Virus record (IMG/VR): IMGVR_UViG_3300046167_000114
Span: 1 to 53,829 of that record
DNA from: a virus
Taxonomy: Duplodnaviria > Caudoviricetes
Reading direction: 5' to 3' (one strand)
DNA length: 53,829 bases
This document shows positions 42,109 to 52,174 of the stretch, in pieces (the stretch's first letter is position 1; the number at the start of each line of letters is the position of its first letter). Position numbers and translations under genes: made by a program. The notes beneath the pieces were generated by a model, which did not search any database, was not told the origin of the DNA, and worked only from the letters and a program-made list of their open reading frames with translations.

Positions 42109-43176
42109 TTAAGCAGCGTTGTATGCTGCTGTGACCAACGCTTGTGGGCGAAGAATTTTGCGACCGTAAAGGTGCATACCGCGCACGATGTCAGCGAATG
42201 AATCTGGATCACGATAGTTTTCCACGTTGTTGATCTGCTCAGCAGAAGCAACAGCATCATCCTGACCACCCAAGATAACACCAAAGTTGGCGTCTTGAGC
42301 CAAAGCACCAGAAGTGCCAGCGCCAGTACCCTTAGCAGGTAATGCGTTTGAAACATATACACGGAAGCCGTGCAAGTTGTTCAACACAAGACCGTTTTGC
42401 AAGCCAGCACCACCGTAATCGGCGTTCAACATGCGACTGTCTTCGTCTTTGAGCATCTCTACGAACACCGGGTCAACAACCAGCCATCTTCCTCGTGACT
42501 CAACGTTAGCTGTGTCCATCTGACGAGCCATACGCGCAATCACTGTCAAAGGTGAGACAGTTGCGGTTGACAAGGCAGTTGCACCGGGCAAACGTGGGGC
42601 CAATGGAATTGAGTCACCAGTTGCATAGGCTGTTGAAGCTGAGTCAGCAGAACCTAATGAGCCAAAGTCAGTAGCGTCCAAGTGATTCACTTTCAAAAAT
42701 TCACCGTCAAGCTGGTTGGCTGTTGGGTGCTGTGCATCACCAGAAGTAGATGTAATCAACGCACCTGCAGAGGTGAAACCTGACATGTATGACAGTACGT
42801 CTGTATCCATTGAGTCAGCCATTTTATAAGCTGCACGATCAGATGCTAAACGAACAAAGTCTACATTGGCGAATTGCTCTTCAATGTCATCCATCTTGAA
42901 GGCAAAGTAGTTTGCTTTGTCGATGGTCAATGAAAAGTCAGAGTCATCAAGCTTCTCAACAGAGATGTTTGTATGACGTTGCAGAGCGTTGACGGTTACG
43001 TCTGGCTCTTTTTGGATGCGAACAGTGTCGCCTTGGTTTGCAATCTCACCAAAATATGAGTTGTTGGTAATTGCGTTAGTGACAGCAGAGCGCCGTAGAG
43101 CAATCTGTGCCTGTTTTGAGTAGATAATCGGAGAGAAGTTTCCGTTAAATCCACCTGATGCGGATGTAATAGCCAT
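42109..43176 (-). CDS. Major capsid protein
   Basis: F.P.IYSK, GEI...GDTVRI, L.ID.A.YFAF..DDIE and FADIVRGMHLYGRKILRP; follows the scaffold; GC-richer third positions. Confidence 0.9.
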   Translation of the reverse strand: MAITSASGGFNGNFSPIIYSKQAQIALRRSAVTNAITNNSYFGEIANQGDTVRIQKEPDVTVNALQRHTNISVEKLDDSDFSLTIDKANYFAFKMDDIEEQFANVDFVRLASDRAAYKMADSMDTDVLSYMSGFTSAGALITSTSGDAQHPTANQLDGEFLKVNHLDATDFGSLGSADSASTAYATGDSIPLAPRLPGATALSTATVSPLTVIARMARQMDTANVESRGRWLVVDPVFVEMLKDEDSRMLNADYGGAGLQNGLVLNNLHGFRVYVSNALPAKGTGAGTSGALAQDANFGVILGGQDDAVASAEQINNVENYRDPDSFADIVRGMHLYGRKILRPQALVTAAYNAA

Positions 43177-43376
43177 AATGGTTTCCTTTCAATGATATGG
43201 CGTTGATAGTAACACTATACCCACTTGAAAGAGGCCTTCTGTAATAGGGTAGTCAGCTTTGCTTTAGAGATGCCTCTCTGTAAGCGCTGGGCCTATACGT
43301 CAGGGTGAGTCTTATATTTGTGGCGATTGTGCTTTTTATAAAGCATACACACACTTTAATATATGTGTATATGCTA
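43177..43376 (-). promoter_or_regulatory. Structured ~200-nt 5' leader of the capsid gene
   Basis: 12-bp hairpin at 43342-43375; nested stems ATAGG/CCTAT, CAGC/GCTG, GCTT/AAGC and AGAGA-GGCA-TCTCT. Confidence 0.6.
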
Positions 43377-43406
43377 TAGTTTTATCTATGATAATGTTAA
43401 TGTCAA
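43377..43406 (-). promoter_or_regulatory. Putative promoter TTGACA-N16-TAAAACTA for the capsid gene
   Basis: Matches the 13068 element. Confidence 0.65.
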
Positions 43407-44366
43407 CTACTTCTTTGACATATCATAAATAAATTTACCAGAGCGCTGAGCATCTAAGATCTCTTCCATGCGCTTCTCGTATTCTTTGATAGACATTTTA
43501 GCTACCATAGACTCACTAATATAGTTAGATGAATCGTCTGGGTTAGGTGTAGATACCTTCTTAGCTTTTACAGAAGAAGCAGCATTCTTATCACTGCTAG
43601 ACTGCTTCATTGTCTTGATGCCTTTATCTACCTTGTATAGATCTAATACACGAGCTACTGATTTAGCATCATCGGTGTTCTCATACAAAGCATCCTGTAC
43701 CCATTTAGGCTGTTCTTCTGCCCATGTATGGAATGCATCATCTTCGCGGATCTGTGCGAAGTCAGGGTGTATGTTAAGTAGCTCTACCTCTGCCTTTTCT
43801 TTCTTGGCTTGAGTACGCATACTTTCTATTTCTTGTAAGCGACTATCTAGATCAGAAGCACGTTCATTAGCCTTCTTATCCGCAATAGCTTCAATGATAC
43901 CAGCTACGTCAGGGTACTTCTTAGTCCAAGCATCAATCTCTTCTTCTGACTTAGGTAGTACAAGCTCATTCTTAGCAGCTAAGTCTAGTTGACCTTTTAA
44001 CTTGTCTAACTCCGCTTTATACTCTGCATCTTTCTCTTGCATGTACTTACGGATATCAGAGTATCGCTTTTTAAAGCTCTTCTCTTCTGCACTCAGATCA
44101 GCATCATCCTTTGCGGGTGCTTCTGCTTCCTCTGAGGCTTCTTCTTGTTTGGTATCACTTTTTGTCTGTACTTCGGGTTCGACAGACTCTGAGCTACTGG
44201 GTTCCTCTTGAGTAGCTTCTTCTGTTGAGGCTTCTTGCTCTTCATCGTCCTGTTTTATGCCAGCATCTTTTAAAAGCTGAGCTAACTCCTGTTCATCTCT
44301 CTGTACACGAGACATATTACGCATGTGTGATGCAGATTCAACTGCAATAGTTTGGGCTTCCGACAT
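43407..44366 (-). CDS. Capsid scaffolding protein
   Basis: Acidic low-complexity N-terminus, FKKRYSD coiled coil and HPDF; immediately upstream of MCP. Confidence 0.8.
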   Translation of the reverse strand: MSEAQTIAVESASHMRNMSRVQRDEQELAQLLKDAGIKQDDEEQEASTEEATQEEPSSSESVEPEVQTKSDTKQEEASEEAEAPAKDDADLSAEEKSFKKRYSDIRKYMQEKDAEYKAELDKLKGQLDLAAKNELVLPKSEEEIDAWTKKYPDVAGIIEAIADKKANERASDLDSRLQEIESMRTQAKKEKAEVELLNIHPDFAQIREDDAFHTWAEEQPKWVQDALYENTDDAKSVARVLDLYKVDKGIKTMKQSSSDKNAASSVKAKKVSTPNPDDSSNYISESMVAKMSIKEYEKRMEEILDAQRSGKFIYDMSKK

Positions 44367-44435
44367 TTCTTACTCCTTTATGTTGGGGCCAGCCTAAGCT
44401 GGGTAGCCTTATAGTTATTTATTGTCGTTTATTTA

Positions 44436-47288
44436 TTACTTCTTTTTCTTCTTCATTAAGCCGCCTTCGGCTCTTTTGTTAGGATTATTGTCTTGTGCAG
44501 TGCCGCCTGATGGACGCCTAGAAGGCCTAATAGATGTCTTAGGTGCAGTACTACCTTTTCTAGTTGCTTTACCCTCTTTAGCAAGCCTTTCTGCAAAAGA
44601 AGATCTATCATCTTGTTTGCTACCACTTGCAGTCGTTGCTTTAGCAGGTTTATGATCAACTAAACTCTTCTTTGCCTTCGTTCCTGTGCCACCTGTACGT
44701 CTTGCACCATGAAAGCTATCACTTAATGATGGCCCTTCATAGCTATCATCAATCTGATCTCCTGCCCATGTATCTAAGAAATTAACTACGCCATCATTAT
44801 TCATGTCATTAAGAATACCGCCGCCGCCTAATACACCGCCACCGCCTAGAATACCCTGACCTTCATCTTTTCCGCGTCTAGTTACACCATCAAATAGCTT
44901 TTGTATCTTAGCTTTTTGTGCATCATCATCTGTTGCTCTGTAGCGTTTTTCTAGCTCTCTAGCTACTGCAAAACCTGTGGCACGTTTACCTATTTGTGCT
45001 ATAAGTCCTACAGGACCAGCAAAAGTACTAAGACCAGCAAAAGCTTTGTTTATCTTTGGGCTACCTAAATTAGTAGCTAACTCAAAAAGCTCTACATCTT
45101 CATAGTCTTCAAATTGTTTTGCTGCTTTATTAACGTTCTCTAACTCTCGACTGGCTTTATTTTGCTCTTCATTTGCTCTGATGTTAGTGGACTCACCTGT
45201 TTCAGGGTTTTGCACAGTTATCTCTGGGGAAGGGTTGTAACTGTCAGATGTAGTATACCCTGCGTCAATCATAGCTTGGGCTGCTGCATCTGGTTTTCCA
45301 TCAACAAAGCGCAAGGAAAATGCCGCCCCTGTTTTTGGGTCACGATATTCTCTATACTCGATATTGTCAGCCATAAAGTTTGTTTCAAATATAGAAGAAA
45401 CGTCAGGTATAGCAGGTGTAGTTACGTCTCCACCCTCATTGTAGCCTTTTAAGTACCCTCCATCCTTCATATTTACCATAGGCTGATCTTCTGCGACTGT
45501 CTGTAGCTCAGAGATGTCAAACGGGAAGTCTTCATCCTCTGGCTCAACCATTTCCATGCCCTCTGGTGGTATTGGCTCACCACCGATACGACCATTGGCT
45601 TCCATATCAGCAAAGCCTTCTTTGGCTTGTGTACGTAGGTCTTCAAAGAATTTAACACCATAAAAGCGTACAACGTCAGCAGGTACAACATACTCGCCTT
45701 CACTTAGTTGTGCAGGTATATCATCACGTACCTCTTCGGGTAGTGAACCTGTAGGTACTTCATTACCTGATACAGGATCTACATCTTCTACTGAGCCACC
45801 AAGCGCAAAGGCCATTTGAGTCTGTTCTTCCATAGCCATTCCACCTTCGTTAAAATTCGCTTTAACACCTGTGACTTTATTCTCAAACTCAAATTGAGGA
45901 TCGTCAGGTGTTGTCTTTTTTGCCTTTTTAGCAAATACTAATGGGCCTACTTGCATTACTTGCTCAGCAGAAACAACAGGCATACCATCAGCTTTATCAT
46001 AGAAGTATGAAGCTCTATAAGGATTCATACCTACCTGTACCCACTCAGGATCATCAAACAGATTTTCTACTGTTTTATAAACCTCTTCTGGGTCCATATT
46101 CTGCCACTCACCCTGCATTCTAGCAATAGTAGTTTTTGCTGAACCTGTAGCAATCTTTGAAGCTGCTAAGGGGTTAGAGGTGAAGCTTACATTATTAAGC
46201 ACAGCAGACTGTCCATAACCTACGGTTTTACCATCTTTTACAGAGCCATCATGTAAAGATACAACCCAAGTGTCTGAATTATTATAAGCAGGTATATCTA
46301 ACCTAGAAGAAATAGGTGTACCATCTTTAATACTCTTATTTACTCCTAAAACACCCTTCTTTGTTTTCCTTGGGTCTGTAGCGTGTAAAGACTTTACAAC
46401 CTCTTCTTTTGTTGGAAACTTTGGCATCTCCGTAATAGGCTTGATAGGTTGCCTCTCATCTGATAGCTTTCTAAACTCTTCTGATGTTATTTTACCCTCA
46501 CGAAGATTGGTAGCTGCAGCAGCCATTTCATCGTCTGGCGGTATTCTAAACTTATCTTTTGCGTAGTTTTCTACCTTCCAATCAGCTAGGTCTTTTTCGG
46601 AAAAACCTAAATCATCTACAGCGTCAGATGTAGCGTCTAAAGTAAGTGGTCTAGGCTTTGAGGGTACTACTGTAAAATCGTCACTACCTACTCTGTCTTT
46701 TAATTCAGTATAAACTTGCATTGGCGAAAAAGTTTTATCTCCTGCAGCAATACTATTCTCAGCAGCAACTTTCTGTAACTTTTCAGCAAAACCTTCTCCA
46801 AAAGCAGGTTCGTTCATAAGATCAACAGCAGACTGCGTTACTGTTTTATTATCTAATCCTGCAGGGGTATCTGCAATCATGTTTACTTTTGGTATGCCTG
46901 TTCCGACCTCACCCTTTAACCTAATATTACCACCCATACTGCCAAGTGCATTAGGATCAACCTCAACACGCTTTACAGTCTCTGCAGCCTTTTTAGCACC
47001 AGCCCTTATCGCATTAGCTGCAGCATCACCCAATCCCGGAACAAGCCCTACAAGAGCAGCCCCGCCTAGTGCACCCGCGAGAAAGTAATTAGGATCTTCT
47101 TTGTTTAATTCATCATATACTTCTTTAGCTGCCATAGCATCACCAATTACAGGTGTAGCTGATGCAATAAAAGTAGCAGCGTCTCTAAAGGATAAGTCAG
47201 TATTGACTTGTGGGGCATCTTCAACAGCTTTAGCAGCCTCTGCTGCCCAGCCTAGTGCCTCATCAGTCTGCTTACTTACTAAATCCAT
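44436..47288 (-). CDS. Multidomain putative virion-packaged protein (950 aa)
   Basis: TPVIGD...GLVPGLGD N-terminus, a central globular domain, DDIPAQLSEGEYVVPADVV core and five xxxGG motifs; lies between portal and scaffold. Confidence 0.65.
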   Translation of the reverse strand: MDLVSKQTDEALGWAAEAAKAVEDAPQVNTDLSFRDAATFIASATPVIGDAMAAKEVYDELNKEDPNYFLAGALGGAALVGLVPGLGDAAANAIRAGAKKAAETVKRVEVDPNALGSMGGNIRLKGEVGTGIPKVNMIADTPAGLDNKTVTQSAVDLMNEPAFGEGFAEKLQKVAAENSIAAGDKTFSPMQVYTELKDRVGSDDFTVVPSKPRPLTLDATSDAVDDLGFSEKDLADWKVENYAKDKFRIPPDDEMAAAATNLREGKITSEEFRKLSDERQPIKPITEMPKFPTKEEVVKSLHATDPRKTKKGVLGVNKSIKDGTPISSRLDIPAYNNSDTWVVSLHDGSVKDGKTVGYGQSAVLNNVSFTSNPLAASKIATGSAKTTIARMQGEWQNMDPEEVYKTVENLFDDPEWVQVGMNPYRASYFYDKADGMPVVSAEQVMQVGPLVFAKKAKKTTPDDPQFEFENKVTGVKANFNEGGMAMEEQTQMAFALGGSVEDVDPVSGNEVPTGSLPEEVRDDIPAQLSEGEYVVPADVVRFYGVKFFEDLRTQAKEGFADMEANGRIGGEPIPPEGMEMVEPEDEDFPFDISELQTVAEDQPMVNMKDGGYLKGYNEGGDVTTPAIPDVSSIFETNFMADNIEYREYRDPKTGAAFSLRFVDGKPDAAAQAMIDAGYTTSDSYNPSPEITVQNPETGESTNIRANEEQNKASRELENVNKAAKQFEDYEDVELFELATNLGSPKINKAFAGLSTFAGPVGLIAQIGKRATGFAVARELEKRYRATDDDAQKAKIQKLFDGVTRRGKDEGQGILGGGGVLGGGGILNDMNNDGVVNFLDTWAGDQIDDSYEGPSLSDSFHGARRTGGTGTKAKKSLVDHKPAKATTASGSKQDDRSSFAERLAKEGKATRKGSTAPKTSIRPSRRPSGGTAQDNNPNKRAEGGLMKKKKK

Positions 47289-47469
47289 TGACTGTCTCCC
47301 TGAGTAGCTTTAATCGTCTAAGCACACTAATTGCACCCTGTGCTCTGTGTACTTCTACAGGTGTATCTGCACTTTCAATGATTCTATGCTGTATAGTGAC
47401 TAGATCATCTATGTGTGCATAAAATTCTTCGATAGCTTGCTTGTTATTTACAAACTGTTTAAGCGACAT
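47272..47469 (-). CDS. Small conserved protein downstream of the portal
   Basis: HRAQGAI..LRRL..LRE.V; likely start MSLKQF. Confidence 0.65.
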   Translation of the reverse strand: MSLKQFVNNKQAIEEFYAHIDDLVTIQHRIIESADTPVEVHRAQGAISVLRRLKLLRETVNGFSK

Positions 47470-49588
47470 TACCAGTAAACCCTTGTTCATCTGGTGTAGG
47501 GGCTGTTCCTATACCCATCTGTGAACCACCGCCACCAGACGTATCAGCTACGCCCTGTGGGCCTTGTCCTTGAGGTGGAGCACCCTCTGGTGCTGCAACA
47601 CCTTCTGGCCCTGCAGGGGGCTGTGCTGGCTGCTGAAAGCCCTTCAAGATCTCAGCTTGAATAGCCGCATCCTGCATGGAGTTAGTAACCTTGTCTGGGT
47701 CAAGATCCATAGACTTAGCAATCTCACGAATTATGTAGTCCATCTTAGCAAAAGGTGCCAGTACTGGATTCTGTGCAACCTGTAAGAATTGCATCAAACG
47801 CTGTGACCGTACTTCGTTAGCCATCAAGCTTTCTGTACCAGACGCACGTACCTCTAGATCACCCTTTATTGTCTCATCAAAGTCAAACTGCATGTTGAAT
47901 GCAAAGAATGCCTTACCTAGAGGGCGAATCAAGTAGTCATCCACGTTCTTTACTACAGTACGGATAGAGCCGTTGGCAGCAGACATAAGCATACTAATAC
48001 CAGAAGCAGTACGACCCACTCCAGATACGCCTGTCTGACCGTGAGCAAAAGAAGGGAAACCAGTGCTTTCATCTGCTAAAACTCTAGCCTTATCAAATAG
48101 TTGCATGTTTTCTTGTGCTACATTAGGAAACTTGGTGCCAAAGATGCTCTGCCCCATTGCACCCCCCTGACGCCTAAACACTTTTCCAGGGTACACAGAT
48201 AAATCTTGGCCCGGAACCATGTTTGTTTCGTCAACTTCAATGATCAAGTTTCCACTCAAGTGCAGCGTTATCAATAGCCATACGCATAAAGCCATTCATA
48301 AGCGTTTGAGTATCATCCATATTCTCTGCAATACCTACACCAAAGAAGCTGTAGGGGTTATGCTCATATGGGGTAGCATAGTAAGGTATACGTGATGGCT
48401 TGAACGGGTTTAGTACCATACGCAGTACTTCACCATTACAGATCCACACGTTAGCACTTACTTCATCTAAGTCTTTCATAGAAGTAGGTATCTTAATACC
48501 GTGCTCTTCTAAATAGCAGTGTCTACAAAGCCCCAAAACTCTAACACTTCCCAACGCTCAGACTCAGCATGAACCTGATTGTCTTCCATAGTCATTTCCC
48601 AGTGCTTCTGCACATAGTCTGGGCCTTTAGCTACTGCCATATCAATAGCATCATCCATAAAGTATGGGCGTGTCTTGAGGGAGCGTAGCTGTGTACGTGA
48701 CATCTTGTGACGCTCAATAGTGTACTCAGCATCATCCATAGACGTAGCTTCTGGGTCAGGGTAGAAATTCCAGACACTTACGTGGTTGCACTCAGGTACA
48801 GTCTTTATAAGAGGATCATACTCACCTTGATCATTCCAGTTAGGGTACTCTTTATCTACAGCAAATGGGCCTTTCATAACACCCATACCAAGTAGAGCCA
48901 TCTCAAATGCCATAGAGCGTAAATGCAAAGAAGCGCCAGACTCATTTAGCTGGTCATGTATCTTCTTTTCCATTCGTTTAGCTGCAACCATAGCAGGGTG
49001 AAATGTAACAGTGGTAGGCGTTGTGCCATCACCTTCGACAACCTTTTCTGATACGGATGCTAACTTGTCGCTAAGTGGCCCTAAACGTTGCTTTAGATCT
49101 GCTAACGTCTCTCCGGGTTTTAGCTTCTCATTACCGTCAAGTAAGTAGGGCCGTGAAGGCTTGTCTTGTGTTACACTTTTGAGTGCTTCACCAGCGGCTG
49201 CGGCATTAGGGTCAATGTTGATGTGTACTGATTCAGCAACGCCATCTGGTAAAATAGATGGATCTACTGACATAGGAAACTTATTGTTACCAAACAGTAC
49301 GTCAACAATCTGCCCATATGCAGCTAAGGTCTTAGTCTTCGTGACTTTAACGAATACACGAGACTTTTCTGTGTCTGTAAACTTTACATCAGGCCCGTAC
49401 AAACCACGATAGTTGCGGTAAGCACGTAACCATCTATCTTCGTCACTTCTTCGAGCATCTTCTGCTCTGCTAAAGCGTTCATCAACAAAGGATACAATAC
49501 TAGATTTAGCTTCAAAGATGCTATCCTCTGCGTCCTCTGCAGCTACAACTTCATCTGTATCAAAGGTTACTTCGTCAATATCTGCCAT
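47459..49588 (-). CDS. Portal protein (apparent indels ~48255 and ~48510)
   Basis: W..AYRNYRG, TKTKTLAAY, FYPDP, FFGVG.AE and RTASG.SML; three overlapping ORFs. Confidence 0.88.
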
Positions 49589-49591
49589 GTT

Positions 49592-51182
49592 TTAGTATCC
49601 AAATGTTGTGTCTTGTGCTTGAAAGCCCTGATTTGGTTTGTCAGGCGTGAAATCCCATATACTTCTACTACGGGGTCTTGTCATAACGCCATAGCGTAGG
49701 GCATCATATAGGTGGTCTTCTGCTTTAGTGTCTACATCCTCTGGGTTCTTTTTATCTAGAGGAATAATAGGTATTTGCGATAGGTGTTAGTACAGTTACT
49801 CATAAAAGCAAGTCTTGGTTTCTCAGTAAACTCATCTACCTGCAGACGCCTATGTATTTCGTTCTTACCAGCTACACGAGAGCCTCTAGATCTATCAGAA
49901 GGACGCCAACGGCAACCCTTCATGTTCATCTGTTCAGCCAGTGATGGCCCAGTATCACCACGGTTATGCCATAAACTAGAATCCAGAACACCATATCGCA
50001 TACCACCATCATTAGCTTCCGCTTCCAGTATCATATCAGCTAAATCAGAAGCTGTAACTTTAGAACAATAAAGCTCCCTGTAGACGATAAGCTGTTCGTC
50101 GGGAGCGACAGTAAACCATAAAACTCCTGTATAACTACCGTAGCCGTAGTCGCAAGCTCTAAACTTAACCCAGTTGTCTGGGATTTCAAAAGGGTCAATG
50201 ACATGAATGGATCTATTAAACTCTGGGAAAGCTGCTCCTTCATTGACATCCCAATTACCCTCTAACAGTTGTTTTCTTTGATGCTCTGGTAAAGACAAAA
50301 GCATAGCTTCGTAGTCACCAGTATCGGCTAGGTATGGGTTGTCAAACAGACTAGCAGGTATAAACCTACGCTTAAACAGAGGTTGACCCTCTTTGCTGTG
50401 ACCTTTAGGGAATGTAATAGTATCCCCTGTTTCTATGTTAGTTGCCCAGAAAGGTTTATTAGATGGTGCAGGGTCAATAAACATCTTTTTAACCCAAGAG
50501 TGCCCGCTGCCACCTGGGTTTGTAGTAGCACGAATGTACAATCCTAAGTCTGTACTATGGGCAGACCTCAAGCGACTTCGCATATAATCAAACGCATAAG
50601 GGGTAGGCCACTGAGTTAGCTCGTCGAATCCGATCCAGTTAAACGCTTGACCTTGGTAACGAGTAACGTCCATATCTTTATCAAGATACGACATCCAGAG
50701 CCTACCGCCTTTCGGAGTAGTCCACTGACTTTTACGCTCAGACCACTTAATGCCCGGAACAGCTTTAGGATAAAGCTCTTGGCTTTTTTGATAAGCTCAC
50801 GTAATTCCTCCGTAGTATGTCGTACAAGTAACCCACTAAAGTTTGGATCATTTAAACCATGTAAAGGGTCAGCAAGCATTGCGTAACTCTTACCACCACC
50901 TGCTGCACCGCCGTATAGTACCTCACGTTCAGATGCGCTTAGAAAGTCTGTCTGAGGGCCGGGATTAGGCTTGAACACTACGTCCTGTGCCGCCTCAACG
51001 TCAAACTCTGCAGGTGCTACTTGTGCAGGTACAGTCTCTTTCGGGGCGATAACTATATTATCACTCTTCTGAGTACGCTCCGATACAGCCTTTTTCGAGC
51101 CTCTCGATTTCGGATAACGCCGTTTCGAGCCGCTTGGCAAGGTTCCGTTTAATTGTAGCAGCTTTTTTACGTCTTCGCTCAA
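49592..51182 (-). CDS. terL: Terminase large subunit (apparent indels ~50790 and ~49780; start uncertain)
   Basis: YGGAAGGGKS Walker A, IGFDELTQW Walker B, TTNPGG, DYGY and EDHLYDALRY. Confidence 0.92.
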
Positions 51183-51459
51183 TATCTATTCTCTGTCTAA
51201 GACCTGCATGTGATATGCTACGTCCAGTTTGTTTTGTGAGCCAATTAGCTACATCTCTGTAACTATACTGTTGAAGATGCCGCTTTGCAAGCTCTAAGGC
51301 TTCTAACTCAAGCGGTATAGGCTGTAACAAATTTTCATTGTCAGGGTGTATTGAATAACCAAAAGGCGGCTTCTTAGTTAGCTTGGCTATAACGTGCCAC
51401 TCTCTCTCTTTACCGCGTTTTGGTTTAGGTAGCTCCCAATACTCTAAGTCTCTGCTTAT
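51061..51459 (-). CDS. HTH-like protein between TerS and TerL (frame open upstream of the TTG call)
   Basis: PPFGY and YSYRDVANWL...GRSISHAGL; the frame is open back to the TerS stop with no ATG. Confidence 0.6.
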   Translation of the reverse strand: MSRDLEYWELPKPKRGKEREWHVIAKLTKKPPFGYSIHPDNENLLQPIPLELEALELAKRHLQQYSYRDVANWLTKQTGRSISHAGLRQRIDIERRRKKAATIKRNLAKRLETALSEIERLEKGCIGAYSEE

Positions 51460-51474
51460 GTGCTTTCGGTCTTA

Positions 51475-51843
51475 CTATTCGTTATTACCTTCTTTTGGTG
51501 GTAGATAAAAGACGCCACCTGTTGAGGTAACATCAACTTTATCTACTTTACCAAGTCCAGCCCGATCAAGCAAGTCTTTAGCGGCACTCATCTTATCTTT
51601 TATCCCAAGCTCTGTAGGGTCAGACAAAGCCTGTACCATAGCCATTGCAGCTTTAGGCGCTGTACGGGCGAAATAAGATCTTGTAGCTTCTCCAATTTCA
51701 TCTTTAAGTGCCTCCACTATAATGCGAGTCGGTGTGCCGTTACTATAACCTGCCAACTTCTTGGCAAGCACAACATCACCACCAGCATCATCGAAGAGTA
51801 CTTCTAGAAACTTTTGTTGGTTTTCTGTGAGGTTTCTTGCCAT
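51475..51843 (-). CDS. terS: Probable terminase small subunit
   Basis: LTENQQKFL...AKKLAGY, AAKDLLDRAG and LPPK; upstream of TerL. Confidence 0.7.
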   Translation of the reverse strand: MARNLTENQQKFLEVLFDDAGGDVVLAKKLAGYSNGTPTRIIVEALKDEIGEATRSYFARTAPKAAMAMVQALSDPTELGIKDKMSAAKDLLDRAGLGKVDKVDVTSTGGVFYLPPKEGNNE

Positions 51844-51876
51844 ATGAAGTTGTCCTTTATAGATAGGCTTGCCTTA

Positions 51877-51906
51877 TAGTTTTATGAAGTTTTACTACAA
51901 AAGCAA
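51877..51906 (-). promoter_or_regulatory. Putative promoter TTGCTT-N16-TAAAACTA upstream of terS
   Basis: Same spacing and -10-like box as the two other sites. Confidence 0.55.
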
Positions 51907-51929
51907 GCTTTATTTTTATTTAAGCCTCT

Positions 51930-52023
51930 GTTAAGACCAGAACCTGTCTGCCTATCTGTATCACCAGATGATACGTGAGTAAAAACTGTAAGGCTAAGAA
52001 TAACAGGAATGCTGTTTCTTAAC
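51930..52023. ncRNA. Candidate structured RNA element 3' of the DUF1127 gene
   Basis: Nested pairings GTTAAGA/TCTTAAC, CAG/CTG, CCTGT/ACAGG, GCCT/AGGC and GTATCA/TGATAC. Confidence 0.4.
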
Positions 52024-52024
52024 C

Positions 52025-52174
52025 TCACTTATACTCACCGTATACACGGTTGTATATCTCACCACGAGAAATACCTATATCGTGTAGCTCTTTATTAGAC
52101 ATATTCTTTAAAACCCAGTAGTCTGCTCTACGCTGCTGGTGATTTTGAATACGTGTCAGTAAATTCTTAAACAT
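52025..52174 (-). CDS. DUF1127 (YjiS-like) small protein, 49 aa (not in the ORF track)
   Basis: MFKNLLTRIQNHQQRRADYWVLKNMSNKELHDIGISRGEIYNRVYGEYK; L..MS...L.DIGISR.EI signature; AAGGAG RBS. Confidence 0.8.
   Translation of the reverse strand: MFKNLLTRIQNHQQRRADYWVLKNMSNKELHDIGISRGEIYNRVYGEYK

Noticed and set aside
8680-50800. Frameshifts in thyX, helicase, polA, exonuclease, tail, portal and terL as pseudogenes or programmed frameshifts
   Set aside because: There are more than 15 single-base indels, mostly insertions, in essential genes; motifs are intact on both sides and there are no consistent slippery sites. This is typical of unpolished long-read error.
51930-52023. Self-cleaving ribozyme or tRNA
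   Set aside because: No hammerhead CUGANGA/GAAA core, twister consensus or cloverleaf on either strand; no tRNA gene was recognised anywhere in the window.
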